From contig CAZTVZ010000002.1 of assembly GCA_964617045.1 (NCBI GenBank), positions 12,095 to 76,094 of the forward strand: a DNA stretch of 64,000 bases, read 5' to 3'. Under the pieces are notes generated by a model. It had not been told where the DNA came from. It ran no database searches and saw only the letters and a program-made list of their open reading frames with translations. The position numbers were made by a program, and so were the translations under genes. The stretch is from an uncultured Gammaproteobacteria bacterium (lineage in GTDB: Bacteria; Patescibacteriota; Microgenomatia; UBA8517). Below, in pieces: positions 1 through 9,200 of the stretch. The first letter of the stretch is position 1. Each line of letters begins with the position of its first letter.

Positions 1-1065
1 GAAAAGGAATTAAATCTGAGGCTGAATAAAAACGTCGGTGAATGGGATTGGGATTTACTTGCCAAATTCGACGAAAGCTTTTTATCTACAGTGGGTTTTT
101 CAAGTGAGGAGCTGGATGAAGTTTTTGATATAGACATAAACCCTGAGATATTTGATCTCAAAAAAGAACTTCAGAAATTGAGTATTACTAAAATCGAAGC
201 TCAAAAAGGAGATATCTATCAGCTTGGGCCTCACAAAATAATGGTCGGTGACTCAACCATCGAAAGCGACATACTAAAACTTATGGACGGTGAAAAAGCT
301 GACATGTGTTTCACTGATGAGCCATATTTAATTTCATACTTAACCGGCAAAACAAAACATGGAAAAGCAACAACTGGGTTCGGTGCAAAGAGAGATAGAA
401 GATATCTGGAAACGGAATCATTACCGGATAATTTCATGGATTTGTGGATGGATAATGTGGCTAAGGTGCAAAAGGAAGATTTTAGCATTATTTCTTTCGA
501 GAATTGGAAAAACCTCCCAAAGATGTGGGAGGCAATATCCAAGTACTGGAAGATCAGAAATTTAATAATTTGGCACCTACCCAATAGAATGCAGGGATTT
601 GCAGCAAAGTATAAATTTTTTAACAAATATGATATAGCTCTCTTGGGAACTAATTCATCAGATAAGTCTGATCTCAACTTAGAGCCTGAAGAGGAACTTT
701 TGCAAAATGAGTATCAAACGGCTTTGTATGCAACAAGTGGAAAACCCACCTGGGAAAAATACGAAAAAGGCAAAAAGTATTGTCCTACTGATTTTGTTGA
801 ATATAAAGCTGCAGATGAAAAAAGTTCTGGGCAAGGGATAATCTTCGGAACCAAGCCCGTAGAGATACTTTTGCCTTATCTCAAAGTCCTTACAAAAAGA
901 AACGATTTAGTAATTGAGCCTTTCTGCGGAAGTGGTAGCACCATGGTCAGTTGCGAAAAACTCAAAAGACGTTGCTATTCTATGGAAAAAAGCCCTGTTT
1001 ACGCTATGGTTGCAATTCACAGATGGGAGAAATTGACTGGACAGAAAGCTGTAAAAATAAAATGA
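1..1065 (+). CDS. phage-type DNA N6/N4 methyltransferase, 5'-partial (frame open to nt 1; upstream part likely ParB-like N domain)
   Basis: No stop codon in frame from nt 1. Beta-class motif order: TDEPY (DPPY-like motif IV) upstream of C-terminal EPFCGSGST (AdoMet motif I). Linker EWDWDLL...GFSSEEL is typical of ParB-MTase fusions. Stop TGA overlaps next gene ATG (ATGA). Confidence 0.65.
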   Translation, partial: EKELNLRLNKNVGEWDWDLLAKFDESFLSTVGFSSEELDEVFDIDINPEIFDLKKELQKLSITKIEAQKGDIYQLGPHKIMVGDSTIESDILKLMDGEKADMCFTDEPYLISYLTGKTKHGKATTGFGAKRDRRYLETESLPDNFMDLWMDNVAKVQKEDFSIISFENWKNLPKMWEAISKYWKIRNLIIWHLPNRMQGFAAKYKFFNKYDIALLGTNSSDKSDLNLEPEEELLQNEYQTALYATSGKPTWEKYEKGKKYCPTDFVEYKAADEKSSGQGIIFGTKPVEILLPYLKVLTKRNDLVIEPFCGSGSTMVSCEKLKRRCYSMEKSPVYAMVAIHRWEKLTGQKAVKIK

Positions 1066-1493
1066 CAAACTCAATTATAAAAAGACAATCAGCCCTGAAA
1101 AAAGATTTATTGGAAAAACTAAAGGAAACGCCCGTAGTTGAAGTTGCTTGCAGAAAAATCGGGATAGCTAGAGCCACATATTACAGATGGAGAATGAATG
1201 ATGAGAAGTTTGCAAAAGAAGCGGAGTTGGCCCTAGAAGCCGGGTCAGCATTAGTAAACGACATGGCGGAGAGCCAACTTCTAACGGCCATCAAGGATCA
1301 AAATATGACGGCTATCATTTATTGGTTAAATCATCACCATCCTGCATACGCCACTAAAATTGAGGTAACGGCGAATTTAAAAAATCAAAACGAAACATTA
1401 ACTCCTGAACAGGAGGCGTTGGTGACAAAAGCCTTACAGTTGGCTTCACTAATTCCGGCAGTAGAAAAGGAAGAAAAGGAGGGACAAAAATGA
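1062..1493 (+). CDS. phage terminase small subunit (HTH-containing)
   Basis: HTH segment VACRKIGIARATYYRWRMNDEKF. Position immediately upstream of and overlapping TerL. ORF-track start 951 lies inside the methylase; ATG at 1062 preferred. Confidence 0.5.
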   Translation: MTNSIIKRQSALKKDLLEKLKETPVVEVACRKIGIARATYYRWRMNDEKFAKEAELALEAGSALVNDMAESQLLTAIKDQNMTAIIYWLNHHHPAYATKIEVTANLKNQNETLTPEQEALVTKALQLASLIPAVEKEEKEGQK

Positions 1494-3004
1494 CTTATTT
1501 TCCACAGCTCGGCAAAGAAGAATTGGACAAGATCAGGAAAGACAGAAAAATAAGACGTGCTCTGGCAAGGAAGAGTCATTATTGGTTCTTCTCACTTTAC
1601 CTTCCTCACTACATTACGTGCGAATTTGCGCCGTTTCACCACGAGATATTCAAACTAACCGAAGAAGATGTCGAGTTTGCCGTTCTTGTCGCATTCCGCG
1701 GATCGGCAAAATCAACTTTAGTCACCCTCTCGTATGTGATTTGGGCAATCACTGGAATTCAGCAAAAGAAGTTTGTGTTAATCGTCAGTCAAACTCAAGC
1801 ACAGGCAAAACTGCACTTGGAAAATATAAAACGGGAACTTGAGAACAATGACCTACTAAAAGCTGATATAGGTCCATTTGAATCACCGAAAGATGAGTGG
1901 GGGTCAAATTCGATTGTAATTCCAAAGTTTGGAGCAAGAATTGCAGCAGTTTCTACCGAGCAAAGCATCCGTGGAGTCAGACATGGTCAATACAGACCAG
2001 ACCTCATTATTTGCGACGACATTGAGGATATTAACAGCGTTAAAACCAAAGAGGGGCGGGACAGAACCAACACCTGGTTTAATGCTGAAATTGTTCCGGT
2101 AGGTGACAAAGGTACAAAAACATTGGTAATCGGAAATCTTCTCCATGAAGACAGTTTGATAATGAGATTCAAAAAATCTATCTATGAGGGAAGATTATCG
2201 GGAGAATTTTTTGAATATCCGCTTCTTGATGACAGCAAAAATATTCTGTGGCCAGCCAAATACCCAACAATGGAAGATGTTGAAAAACTAAAGAAAACAT
2301 TTTTGCAGGAATCAGCTTTCTATCGGGAATATTTACTTAAAATAATTTCAGATGAGGACAGAATTGTTAAACGTGAGTGGATTAAATATTATGATGATCT
2401 CCCTTCTCCGGACGCAGATGATTTTGAATTTGCAGGTGTAGGAATCGATCTTGCCATCTCTGAAAGAGAATCGGCAGATTATACAGCCATGGTGTCCGCG
2501 TATATGTTCAGTCGTGATGAAAATCTGCGTGTATATATTCTTCCTAATCCCATAAACAAAAGAATGGATTTTCCGACAACAGTTAATATTGCAATTTCAC
2601 TTTCAAAAACGGTTGTGCATGGAGAACAGACAAAATTATTTATTGAGGAGGTTGGCTACCAAAAGGCTTTTATTGATTACCTGAGTAGCAAAAACATTCC
2701 CGTTGAGGGAGTTCAAGTCCATGGGCAGGATAAAAGAACACGTCTTGCCCTCGTAACTCACATAATTCAGCAGGGGAAAGTTTGGTTTCCAAGGCACGGT
2801 GCCGAAGAATTGATTAACCAACTGACTGGATTTGGAATCGAAAGACATGATGATTTAGCTGATGCATTTTCATTGTTACTTCTTAAAATACTTGAGGAGG
2901 CCAGTAAACCAGGGTTCCAATTTTGTATTGTCGATTGTTCACGACCGTATATAGACAATTTGTTCCGCGAGTTTCATGGAGATGATCCAGATGATTGGGA
3001 CTAG
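1490..3004 (+). CDS. phage terminase large subunit (ATPase + nuclease)
   Basis: Walker A-like AFRGSAKST, Walker B ICDDIED, C-terminal nuclease-like region GVGIDLAISERESADYTAMV. 504 aa. ATGA overlap with TerS. Confidence 0.8.
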   Translation: MTYFPQLGKEELDKIRKDRKIRRALARKSHYWFFSLYLPHYITCEFAPFHHEIFKLTEEDVEFAVLVAFRGSAKSTLVTLSYVIWAITGIQQKKFVLIVSQTQAQAKLHLENIKRELENNDLLKADIGPFESPKDEWGSNSIVIPKFGARIAAVSTEQSIRGVRHGQYRPDLIICDDIEDINSVKTKEGRDRTNTWFNAEIVPVGDKGTKTLVIGNLLHEDSLIMRFKKSIYEGRLSGEFFEYPLLDDSKNILWPAKYPTMEDVEKLKKTFLQESAFYREYLLKIISDEDRIVKREWIKYYDDLPSPDADDFEFAGVGIDLAISERESADYTAMVSAYMFSRDENLRVYILPNPINKRMDFPTTVNIAISLSKTVVHGEQTKLFIEEVGYQKAFIDYLSSKNIPVEGVQVHGQDKRTRLALVTHIIQQGKVWFPRHGAEELINQLTGFGIERHDDLADAFSLLLLKILEEASKPGFQFCIVDCSRPYIDNLFREFHGDDPDDWD

Positions 3005-3009
3005 TTACT

Positions 3010-3225
3010 TCAAAAGAGGTCGGAGATATCAGTCTTCAGCACTTTAGAAATTTTTGAGAGAAGTTTGAGGGATGGGGATTTCCTGCCCTGTTCGATATGC
3101 CCCATATGAGTTCTACTAATGTCTAGCTTGCTAGCCAGCCCCTCTTGAGACAGGTCAAGAGATTTTCTAAGCCTTTGGATTTTCTTCCCGAGTCTTTCTT
3201 TAGTTTGTTTAGTACTTCTGATCAT
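3010..3225 (-). CDS. XRE-family HTH transcriptional regulator (Cro/CI-like)
   Basis: LRKSLDLSQEGLASKLDISRTHMGHIEQGRKSPSLKLLSKISKVL matches HTH_3 pattern. 71 aa. Confidence 0.8.
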   Translation of the reverse strand: MIRSTKQTKERLGKKIQRLRKSLDLSQEGLASKLDISRTHMGHIEQGRKSPSLKLLSKISKVLKTDISDLF

Positions 3226-3260
3226 AAGCTATTATTGATAGCTATTAGGTCTCAATCTAC
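3226..3260. promoter_or_regulatory. operator-like palindromes between divergent XRE gene and downstream gene
   Basis: AGCTATTA repeated twice; ATAGCTAT is a perfect palindrome. Located directly upstream of the XRE start in the divergent intergenic region. Confidence 0.3.
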
Positions 3261-3356
3261 TAGCCATAAGCGAGCATATAGCCTCAACTTATGCTTGACT
3301 TTGAGGCAATTTACATGCATCATTCAGGTAATAGGAAAGAAAGGGGGTGAAATTTA

Positions 3357-3905
3357 ATGAAGAAACAATGTAAAGCTTGTAAATCAGAAATTGACGCAAA
3401 AGCCACTAAATGTCCGAAGTGTGGGGCTGACCAGAGAAATTGGTTTAGAAAACACCCTATTTTGACCGTTATTTTGGCACTTATTCTAATAGGAATGATT
3501 GGAGGTGCTGCCGGAGGCGATAAAAGTAGTTCCTCACAGTCAGAAAATAAACAACAGACAAAGGAGACTACTCAACCATCGCAAGAGGTTATTGTTGTCG
3601 CAGCACAAACCTTAGTTGGAGAATATGATAAAAATAAGCTTTCGGCACAAGATAAATATACAGGTAAACTAGTTCAAACAACCGGATATATAGTCAATAT
3701 CAGCAACGATATTACCGGAAGTTATTATCTATCTTTGAAACCAAACAACGATCAATATTACTTTGGTACCACAATTGCTTGCTATTTTGACAATAAGGAC
3801 GATCTAACATCCCTTGAGAAAGATCAAAAAGTAACAGTAAAAGGGAAAATGCAAGACATGACCTTGGGAATAGTAAATATTAAGGATTGTGAATTGGTTA
3901 AATAA
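3357..3905 (+). CDS. zinc-ribbon membrane protein with extracytoplasmic domain (phage accessory, function unknown)
   Basis: N-terminal CKACKSE...CPKCG zinc ribbon, one TM helix (ILTVILALILIGMIGGAAGG), Ser/Gln-rich linker, C-terminal beta-rich domain. Divergent from XRE. Confidence 0.5.
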   Translation: MKKQCKACKSEIDAKATKCPKCGADQRNWFRKHPILTVILALILIGMIGGAAGGDKSSSSQSENKQQTKETTQPSQEVIVVAAQTLVGEYDKNKLSAQDKYTGKLVQTTGYIVNISNDITGSYYLSLKPNNDQYYFGTTIACYFDNKDDLTSLEKDQKVTVKGKMQDMTLGIVNIKDCELVK

Positions 3906-4023
3906 AACGCTTTAGCCTTGGTAAAACAGTGACCGACCAGGGCTAGAGTTGTTTTAGGTGGTTTTTCTAAATCTTCAGATTGCGTCTGGACTTCACCCAC
4001 ACCTGCGGTACTCTCCCTTTAGG

Positions 4024-5337
4024 ATGCAAATAAGTCAGAACCAGGAACAAGAAATAATACCAATTGAGTATTGCCTTTATGCGAGAAAATCTTCCGAAAG
4101 TGACGAAAGGCAGGCAATGTCGATCGATTCACAGATAAAGGAAATGACTGATCTGGCAAAGAAAGAAAACCTAATAATTAGTGAGGTCAGACAAGAAAGT
4201 CATTCGGCCAAAGAGTCGGGACAAAGACCTGTGTTTGTACAACTTTTAAATGATCTGAGAAATGGAATTTTTGACGGAATTTTGACATGGGCTCCGGATA
4301 GGCTTTCCAGAAATGCCGGAGACTTGGGGATGTTGGTTGATTTAATGGATCAAGGAAAACTTCTAAAAATTAGAACTTTTTCCCAAACGTTTTCCAACAC
4401 ACCAAATGAGAAGTTCCTCCTCATGATTCTTTGTTCTCAAGCAAAGCTTGAAAATGATCAAAAGGGAGTGAATGTTAAACGGGGAATTCGGCATAAATGT
4501 GAGATGGGCTGGAGACCGGGAATGGCTCCAATCGGATATTACAACAGGGCATTTAATGGAGTTAAAGATATTGTTGTTGATCCGGATAGAGGCCATTTAA
4601 TAACTGAAATGTTTGAAAAAGCGATTAACGGAGAACATGGTAGATCGATTAAAAAGTGGGCAGATAAGGCGGGACTTAATAATCGGTCAGGAAAACCAAT
4701 TTATCTATCACAAATATACAGAATGCTTAAAGATACTTTCTATTATGGAGAATTTGAATATCCTGTTAACAGCGGAATTTGGTACAAAGGCTCCTACCCA
4801 CACTTGGTTACTAAAGAAATGTTTTTAAAGGTTCAAAAACTCAGAATGAGCATCCCGCCAAAAGCCAAATGGCGCAGTAAAAATATCTTATTCAGAGGAC
4901 TATTTAAATGTGCCAGTTGCCAAGCAGGAGTAACCTGTGAAGAGTCTTTCAGAGAAAGATTACACGGAGAGCCCAGGAGACACGTCTACTATCACTGTGG
5001 AAGAATCAGGGATCCAAATTGCAAAGAACCATTCGTGTCAGAAGAAAAATTAATTAGCTCATTAAATAAATACATCAGCTTTATGGCAAATAATCATCCT
5101 CAAACTGTTAGGTTGTCTCAAAAGATTAAAATTGGAATGGAAGCATATAACAATATTCGAGAAGAAGCCCTGATCCAACAGAATATCAATCCCAAAGGCA
5201 AGGCCCTGTCTTTTAACGAGTATGCCCAACACATTTTGAGGAACGGAACAAACGAGGAGAAAAAGGAAATGGCCATGGCTTTTGATAAACAACTCTATCT
5301 TCACAACAGAGAAGTCTGCGGGGCGCCGATCAAATAA
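4024..5337 (+). CDS. large serine recombinase (integrase)
   Basis: N-terminal resolvase motifs YARKSSESDERQAMSIDSQ (catalytic Ser) and DRLSRN. Large C-terminal recombinase domain with Cys-rich zinc ribbon (CASCQAG...HCGR). ORF-track start 3958; ATG at 4024 preferred. Confidence 0.85.
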   Translation: MQISQNQEQEIIPIEYCLYARKSSESDERQAMSIDSQIKEMTDLAKKENLIISEVRQESHSAKESGQRPVFVQLLNDLRNGIFDGILTWAPDRLSRNAGDLGMLVDLMDQGKLLKIRTFSQTFSNTPNEKFLLMILCSQAKLENDQKGVNVKRGIRHKCEMGWRPGMAPIGYYNRAFNGVKDIVVDPDRGHLITEMFEKAINGEHGRSIKKWADKAGLNNRSGKPIYLSQIYRMLKDTFYYGEFEYPVNSGIWYKGSYPHLVTKEMFLKVQKLRMSIPPKAKWRSKNILFRGLFKCASCQAGVTCEESFRERLHGEPRRHVYYHCGRIRDPNCKEPFVSEEKLISSLNKYISFMANNHPQTVRLSQKIKIGMEAYNNIREEALIQQNINPKGKALSFNEYAQHILRNGTNEEKKEMAMAFDKQLYLHNREVCGAPIK

Positions 5338-5338
5338 A

Positions 5339-5857
5339 TCAGGGCATAAAGAAGTAGCCATACTCATCAAACGGAAAATGTCCCGAAGGTCGGTTAAGAA
5401 GAATATCCGCTATTTGCCAGGCATCCATATTTTCGGAAATCCTGTATTCGGCGTTCGTATCAATGGTACGGTTTTTATCAACTACAATTGCTTTATCACT
5501 CGGAGTAACGTCTTTCGTATGCTCCAATGCATATCGAAGTGATTTTTCATCTCTAACAAAACCATAATAGGCAAGATTTCCCACAAGTGCATCTAAAGTA
5601 ACATTAGTATTTATTCTTAGATTGATGTTTCCGTCGACCCCCGGTCTTGATCTTGTTTCGGATGCTTCCTGGGGAGTCATATGGAGCCTTTCAATAAAAT
5701 AGTCCTCAACCTTTTTTGGAGAGCTCCAGCCCCTTCCAGGAGCTTTAACATTCTCCATGTTAGGCTTTTTTTCAGACAGGAAAAAGGCTGAAACTCCAAG
5801 AACTAAAAGAACTCCAACAATAATCAAATACCTGTTTTTGAGAAGCTTTTTAGCCAT
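5339..5857 (-). CDS. MltG/YceG-like endolytic transglycosylase, N-terminal fragment (truncated; ends just before the catalytic EGYLFPDTY-type motif)
   Basis: N-terminal TM anchor, YceG-like pattern (NAEYRISENMDAWQIADILL). Protein stops at ...FDEYGYFFMP, 1 nt from the recombinase stop codon. 172 aa versus about 350 expected. Confidence 0.45.
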   Translation of the reverse strand: MAKKLLKNRYLIIVGVLLVLGVSAFFLSEKKPNMENVKAPGRGWSSPKKVEDYFIERLHMTPQEASETRSRPGVDGNINLRINTNVTLDALVGNLAYYGFVRDEKSLRYALEHTKDVTPSDKAIVVDKNRTIDTNAEYRISENMDAWQIADILLNRPSGHFPFDEYGYFFMP

Positions 5858-6093
5858 ATCCAGTCAATTATATCTCATAAACTCAAACAAAGTAGAGATT
5901 CGAACGGAGGTTTTTCGAGGGTAAACGATGGTTATAGTCCTCCTCTTTCAAAATAGCACTTTAGACGGAAAATACGGGCTATTCGAGAGAGTCGGGTCAC
6001 TGAGGCTGCACACGCTTGCTGCCAGAAAGTGATTCTCACTCCAGCCTCAGGGTCCAGGTATTATTTTGTCAGTTTACACCAACATTTGCTTTA

Positions 6094-6129
6094 GAACAAA
6101 AAGATTCCACCCAATACTTGGGTGGAATC
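6094..6129 (-). terminator. rho-independent terminator downstream of hsp20
   Basis: Perfect 10-bp stem GATTCCACCC/GGGTGGAATC with 7-nt loop, followed on the minus strand by TTTTTGTTC. Confidence 0.6.
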
Positions 6130-6153
6130 TTAATTGAGTGTCTAAATTGACAC

Positions 6154-6582
6154 TTACTCACCAAGTGTTTTAACTTGGATTTTTTTCGGTTGCGCTTTTG
6201 GAGACTTCGCAAAGGCGATTGTCATTACTCCATGTTTATACGTAGCCTCTGGATCTTTAGTAGTATCTACATCCCCAGGAATAGCTACTCGATAGGAAAA
6301 TGATTGACTTGCCTTTCGGTAGTATTTCTTTTTCTTATCCTCTTCCTCTTCTTTTTTCTCTCCTCGAACCCAAACATATCCGTCCTGGAATGTCACATCC
6401 ACATTTTTAGGATCAATACCGGGAACGGCTGCTTCCACATAGACGTTATTTTCGTCTTCATAGATCGAAAGACCGCTTTGGGTTGAAGGGGAAGTTAACC
6501 ACTCCTCGTCTTCATCCCAAAAGTCTGGAAGAGAAAGGCTTGGAAAAGATAAAAGCCTTCTTGGAATTAGACTATTTGTCAT
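6154..6582 (-). CDS. Hsp20/alpha-crystallin family small heat shock protein
   Basis: Alpha-crystallin domain (VYVEAAVPGIDPKNVDVTFQDGYVWVRGEK...GVMTIAFAK). GGAGG 8 nt upstream of ATG at 6582. ORF track uses GTG at 6591. Confidence 0.85.
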   Translation of the reverse strand: MTNSLIPRRLLSFPSLSLPDFWDEDEEWLTSPSTQSGLSIYEDENNVYVEAAVPGIDPKNVDVTFQDGYVWVRGEKKEEEEDKKKKYYRKASQSFSYRVAIPGDVDTTKDPEATYKHGVMTIAFAKSPKAQPKKIQVKTLGE

Positions 6583-6606
6583 TTTTCTCACCTCCTTTCA
6601 TGTATA

Positions 6607-6633
6607 TTAGCAGTCTAATAAATGGAGTGCCAA
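6607..6633. promoter_or_regulatory. CIRCE-like inverted repeat (candidate HrcA-type operator) in hsp20 promoter
   Basis: On the hsp20 strand: TTGGCACTC-N9-GACTGCTAA versus CIRCE consensus TTAGCACTC-N9-GAGTGCTAA (1 mismatch per half). Flanked by -35 TTGACA; -10-like TAGACT lies within the right half. Confidence 0.6.
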
Positions 6634-6774
6634 TTTGTCAAGAGGGTTTTTAATTTGAGGTAGAAATAGTCCTGAATAACAAGGGTACGGTCCGAGACTT
6701 CTTAAAATAAGATGACACTTAGCAAACAGAATCGGGCTTTTTTAGAGCTTAGGGTCGCTTGGTGTCCAGTCTTG

Positions 6775-6845
6775 CTGCGGGTCAGGGATTCGAACCCCAA
6801 TAGGCAGATCCAGAATCTGCAGTCCTACCGTTAGACGAACCCGCA
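6775..6845 (-). tRNA. tRNA-Gln (anticodon CUG)
   Basis: Cloverleaf folded by hand: acceptor TGCGGGT/ACCCGCA with U1:A72 and G73 (bacterial Gln identity), D-arm GTCT-AACGGTA-GGAC, anticodon stem GCAGA/TCTGC, loop TTCTGGA, T-arm TGGGG-TTCGAAT-CCCTG. No encoded CCA. Confidence 0.75.
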
Positions 6846-6890
6846 TTATATCTTCAGTGTGATTTTATCAAATTGCGAAAGAAAATGGTT

Positions 6891-6927
6891 GCGGGGGATT
6901 GTTTTTTTTGGAAAAACTTTCCCCCGC
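6891..6927 (-). terminator. long GC-clamped hairpin between small ORF and tRNA-Gln (terminator-like)
   Basis: GCGGGGGA...TCCCCCGC outer stem with internal T8/A5 pairing. Confidence 0.35.
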
Positions 6928-6967
6928 TTTGGCTGGTACATTTGGCTGTCAACCCGTTTTACAGCTT

Positions 6968-7207
6968 TTAGCTGTTAAGTATTTTTAACGCTTTGTCAGT
7001 AAAACTGACTCGGTTATTCTTATCAATTTGAATAATTTCATATCGTATTAATGGCTTTGCATCACAAGCGGTAGGTGAGGCAGTGCCTTTAAAATTGGGA
7101 TTCTTGTTCATCATATTGACCAAGTTTCTGGCCATCTCCATGGAAATGCCGTTTATGTGTAAACTTGTGAGCTCTTCCTCGAGAGCTTTCCAATTATATA
7201 TAGTCAT
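6968..7207 (-). CDS. hypothetical small protein (79 aa)
   Basis: ORF only; no recognisable motif. Confidence 0.3.
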   Translation of the reverse strand: MTIYNWKALEEELTSLHINGISMEMARNLVNMMNKNPNFKGTASPTACDAKPLIRYEIIQIDKNNRVSFTDKALKILNS

Positions 7208-7374
7208 GTTTGTTTCTCTCCTTAGGACTAATGAGACAACGCAGGTGTTGTCTTTTATGTTGAACAGCCTTTATGTGCCAATGTGCCACCTATAAAAAGG
7301 TTATAGGTTCTTGTAGTATACAATTAGCCTCAAAAATTGTCAAAACTAGCCTGAGAAAGTATACTTTTAGGGGT

Positions 7375-8121
7375 ATGAATACGCTTGTTGCCGGTTTTTT
7401 AGGAGTAGTTCAGGGATTAACCGAATTCCTGCCTGTTTCCTCTTCGGGACACCTGGTTCTTTTTCAGAAACTGATTCCTAGTTTTTCTCAACCGGGGCTT
7501 ACTTTTGATGTTATTCTTCACTTCGGAACGCTTTTTGCCGTTCTTTTCTATTTCAGAAAAGATCTTTTAAAAATTAAATTCAGATACCTTTGGTTTTTAG
7601 GTATCGGTACGATACCTGCACTTCTTGTTGGTGTATTTGCCAGAGATTGGATAGAAGGAATGTTTGATAGTGGGAGTACCCTTTGGTTAGAATTTTTGGT
7701 TTCGGCACTGGTCAACTATTTGATATGGAAAATTATTCCCAAAGAGGGAGAGGTTAATACCAGAAACTCTTTTGTTACCGGTATTGCACAGGCAATTGCA
7801 ATCATACCCGCAATCAGCAGGTCTGGTGCAACAATATTTGCAGGACTTGTGCAGGGGGTTAAACCACAGGAGGCAGTAAAATATTCTTTTCTTCTTTCCG
7901 TACCAGCGATACTTGGGGCAAATATTCTTGAACTATTTTCTCTATCCTCTCAGGGTGTGGGTACGATAAACATTTTTGACTATTCCATAGGTTTTCTTGC
8001 GGCTTTCATCTCGGGTTTTTTCGCCATAAAACTTGTCTCAAAACTACTTCTCAATAGAAAATTCCTTTTCTTTGCCATTTACTGTGTAGTCGTTGCGGGA
8101 GTTGCTCTACTTGTTGATTAA
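7375..8121 (+). CDS. uppP: undecaprenyl-diphosphate phosphatase (UppP/BacA)
   Basis: Hallmark N-terminus MNTLVAGFLGVVQGLTEFLPVSSSGHL and SRSGATI motif. Multi-TM. AGGGG RBS before ATG at 7375. Confidence 0.9.
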   Translation: MNTLVAGFLGVVQGLTEFLPVSSSGHLVLFQKLIPSFSQPGLTFDVILHFGTLFAVLFYFRKDLLKIKFRYLWFLGIGTIPALLVGVFARDWIEGMFDSGSTLWLEFLVSALVNYLIWKIIPKEGEVNTRNSFVTGIAQAIAIIPAISRSGATIFAGLVQGVKPQEAVKYSFLLSVPAILGANILELFSLSSQGVGTINIFDYSIGFLAAFISGFFAIKLVSKLLLNRKFLFFAIYCVVVAGVALLVD

Positions 8122-8478
8122 AGGCAGAATCTTCGGAAGAAAAATAAACAGTCCAACAACGACAGAAAGAAGAGCTGACACAAATACAGCCGCGGCGGCC
8201 ACGTCTTTTGCTACTTTTGCTCTAGGTCTTCTTTTTGGTGATACTAAATCGGTTATTGCTTCCAGTGACGTGTTGATAAATTCGAGTATCAATACGAATG
8301 CAATCGTAAATGCCAATATTATCCACTCGGTGCTATTGATATTAAAGACAAATCCAAAAATTACGGCGAGAATCGCAAAACCCAAGTGAATTCTGATATT
8401 GGGTTCGTTTTTTATTGCTTCCACTATACCGTCCATAGCGTATCCGAAACTTGCAGTGGTGGAATGACGCTTGCTCAT
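8107..8478 (-). CDS. dgkA: diacylglycerol kinase family protein (DgkA-like; undecaprenol kinase in Gram-positive-type envelopes)
   Basis: Small 3-TM protein. N-terminus MSKRHSTTASFGYAMDGIVEAIKNEPNIRIH and EFINTSLE match the DgkA pattern. ORF-track start 8496. Confidence 0.75.
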   Translation of the reverse strand: MSKRHSTTASFGYAMDGIVEAIKNEPNIRIHLGFAILAVIFGFVFNINSTEWIILAFTIAFVLILEFINTSLEAITDLVSPKRRPRAKVAKDVAAAAVFVSALLSVVVGLFIFLPKILPLINK

Positions 8479-8516
8479 ATACTTAAAGTATAGCAAAGGT
8501 TATGTTAGGATGAATT

Positions 8517-9200
8517 ATGGCAATTATTAATAGAAGAAAAATACCAAGATTTCTAATTGTCGCACCTGTCTTATTTGTACTTTCTCTTCTTTTGTTGTCT
8601 TTGACAACAAACAGATCCTTGACGGTCAATACTGGTTGTGGCAAATGTGAAGTAAAAGAAATAATAGATCCTGATGCAAAATTGGGTCAATATAATGGCC
8701 AAGCGGTAAATATACCCAAATTATCTTTTAAGTCTACGAGCAACTATGTATTAGGTGCCAATAGCGAGAAAAAATGGATTGAAGTTGATTTGTCGGATCA
8801 AAAATTGAGAGCTTGGGACGGAGACAGTTTGTATTTAGAATCTCTGGTTTCTACGGGACTTCCTTGGTGGCCTACACCCCAAGGAGAATTCCGTATCTGG
8901 GCAAAAGTGCGTGCTACCAAAATGGAGGGTGGATCTGGTAAATATTATTACAATCTTCCCAATGTTCCGTATGTTATGTTTATGGAAAACGAAAAGGTTC
9001 CCGGTTGGAGGGGATACGGCCTTCATGGGACATATTGGCATAATGATTTCGGAAAAGTGCACTCCCACGGTTGTGTGAATTTACCGACCGATATTGCCGA
9101 AAAACTTTACTATTGGACGACACCCGAATTAAATGCCGGAAAAGGCTGGATATTTTCTGACGACAATAATCCCGGAACAAGAATAGTAATTCATGAATAA
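8517..9200 (+). CDS. L,D-transpeptidase (YkuD domain)
   Basis: Catalytic region YGLHGTYWHNDFGKVHSHGCVNL. N-terminal TM anchor. Confidence 0.85.
   Translation: MAIINRRKIPRFLIVAPVLFVLSLLLLSLTTNRSLTVNTGCGKCEVKEIIDPDAKLGQYNGQAVNIPKLSFKSTSNYVLGANSEKKWIEVDLSDQKLRAWDGDSLYLESLVSTGLPWWPTPQGEFRIWAKVRATKMEGGSGKYYYNLPNVPYVMFMENEKVPGWRGYGLHGTYWHNDFGKVHSHGCVNLPTDIAEKLYYWTTPELNAGKGWIFSDDNNPGTRIVIHE

Noticed and set aside
231-677. 148-aa antisense ORF inside the methyltransferase gene
   Set aside because: Fully embedded opposite a gene with clear MTase motifs; low-complexity translation.
1582-1842. 86-aa alternate-frame ORF inside terL
   Set aside because: Embedded in a strongly supported gene; Arg/Cys-rich junk translation.
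5282-5542. 86-aa ORF overlapping the recombinase 3' end and the MltG fragment
   Set aside because: Antisense to, and overlapping, better-supported genes; no motif.
5990-6060. Possible SRP (4.5S) RNA in the nested hairpin
   Set aside because: Neither strand shows the conserved domain IV motif (GGAA tetraloop / AGCAGCCA-type symmetric loop); kept only as generic structured RNA candidate.
8093-8389. 98-aa ORF antisense to dgkA
   Set aside because: The opposite-strand translation has clear DgkA topology; this one is Ala/Thr low complexity.
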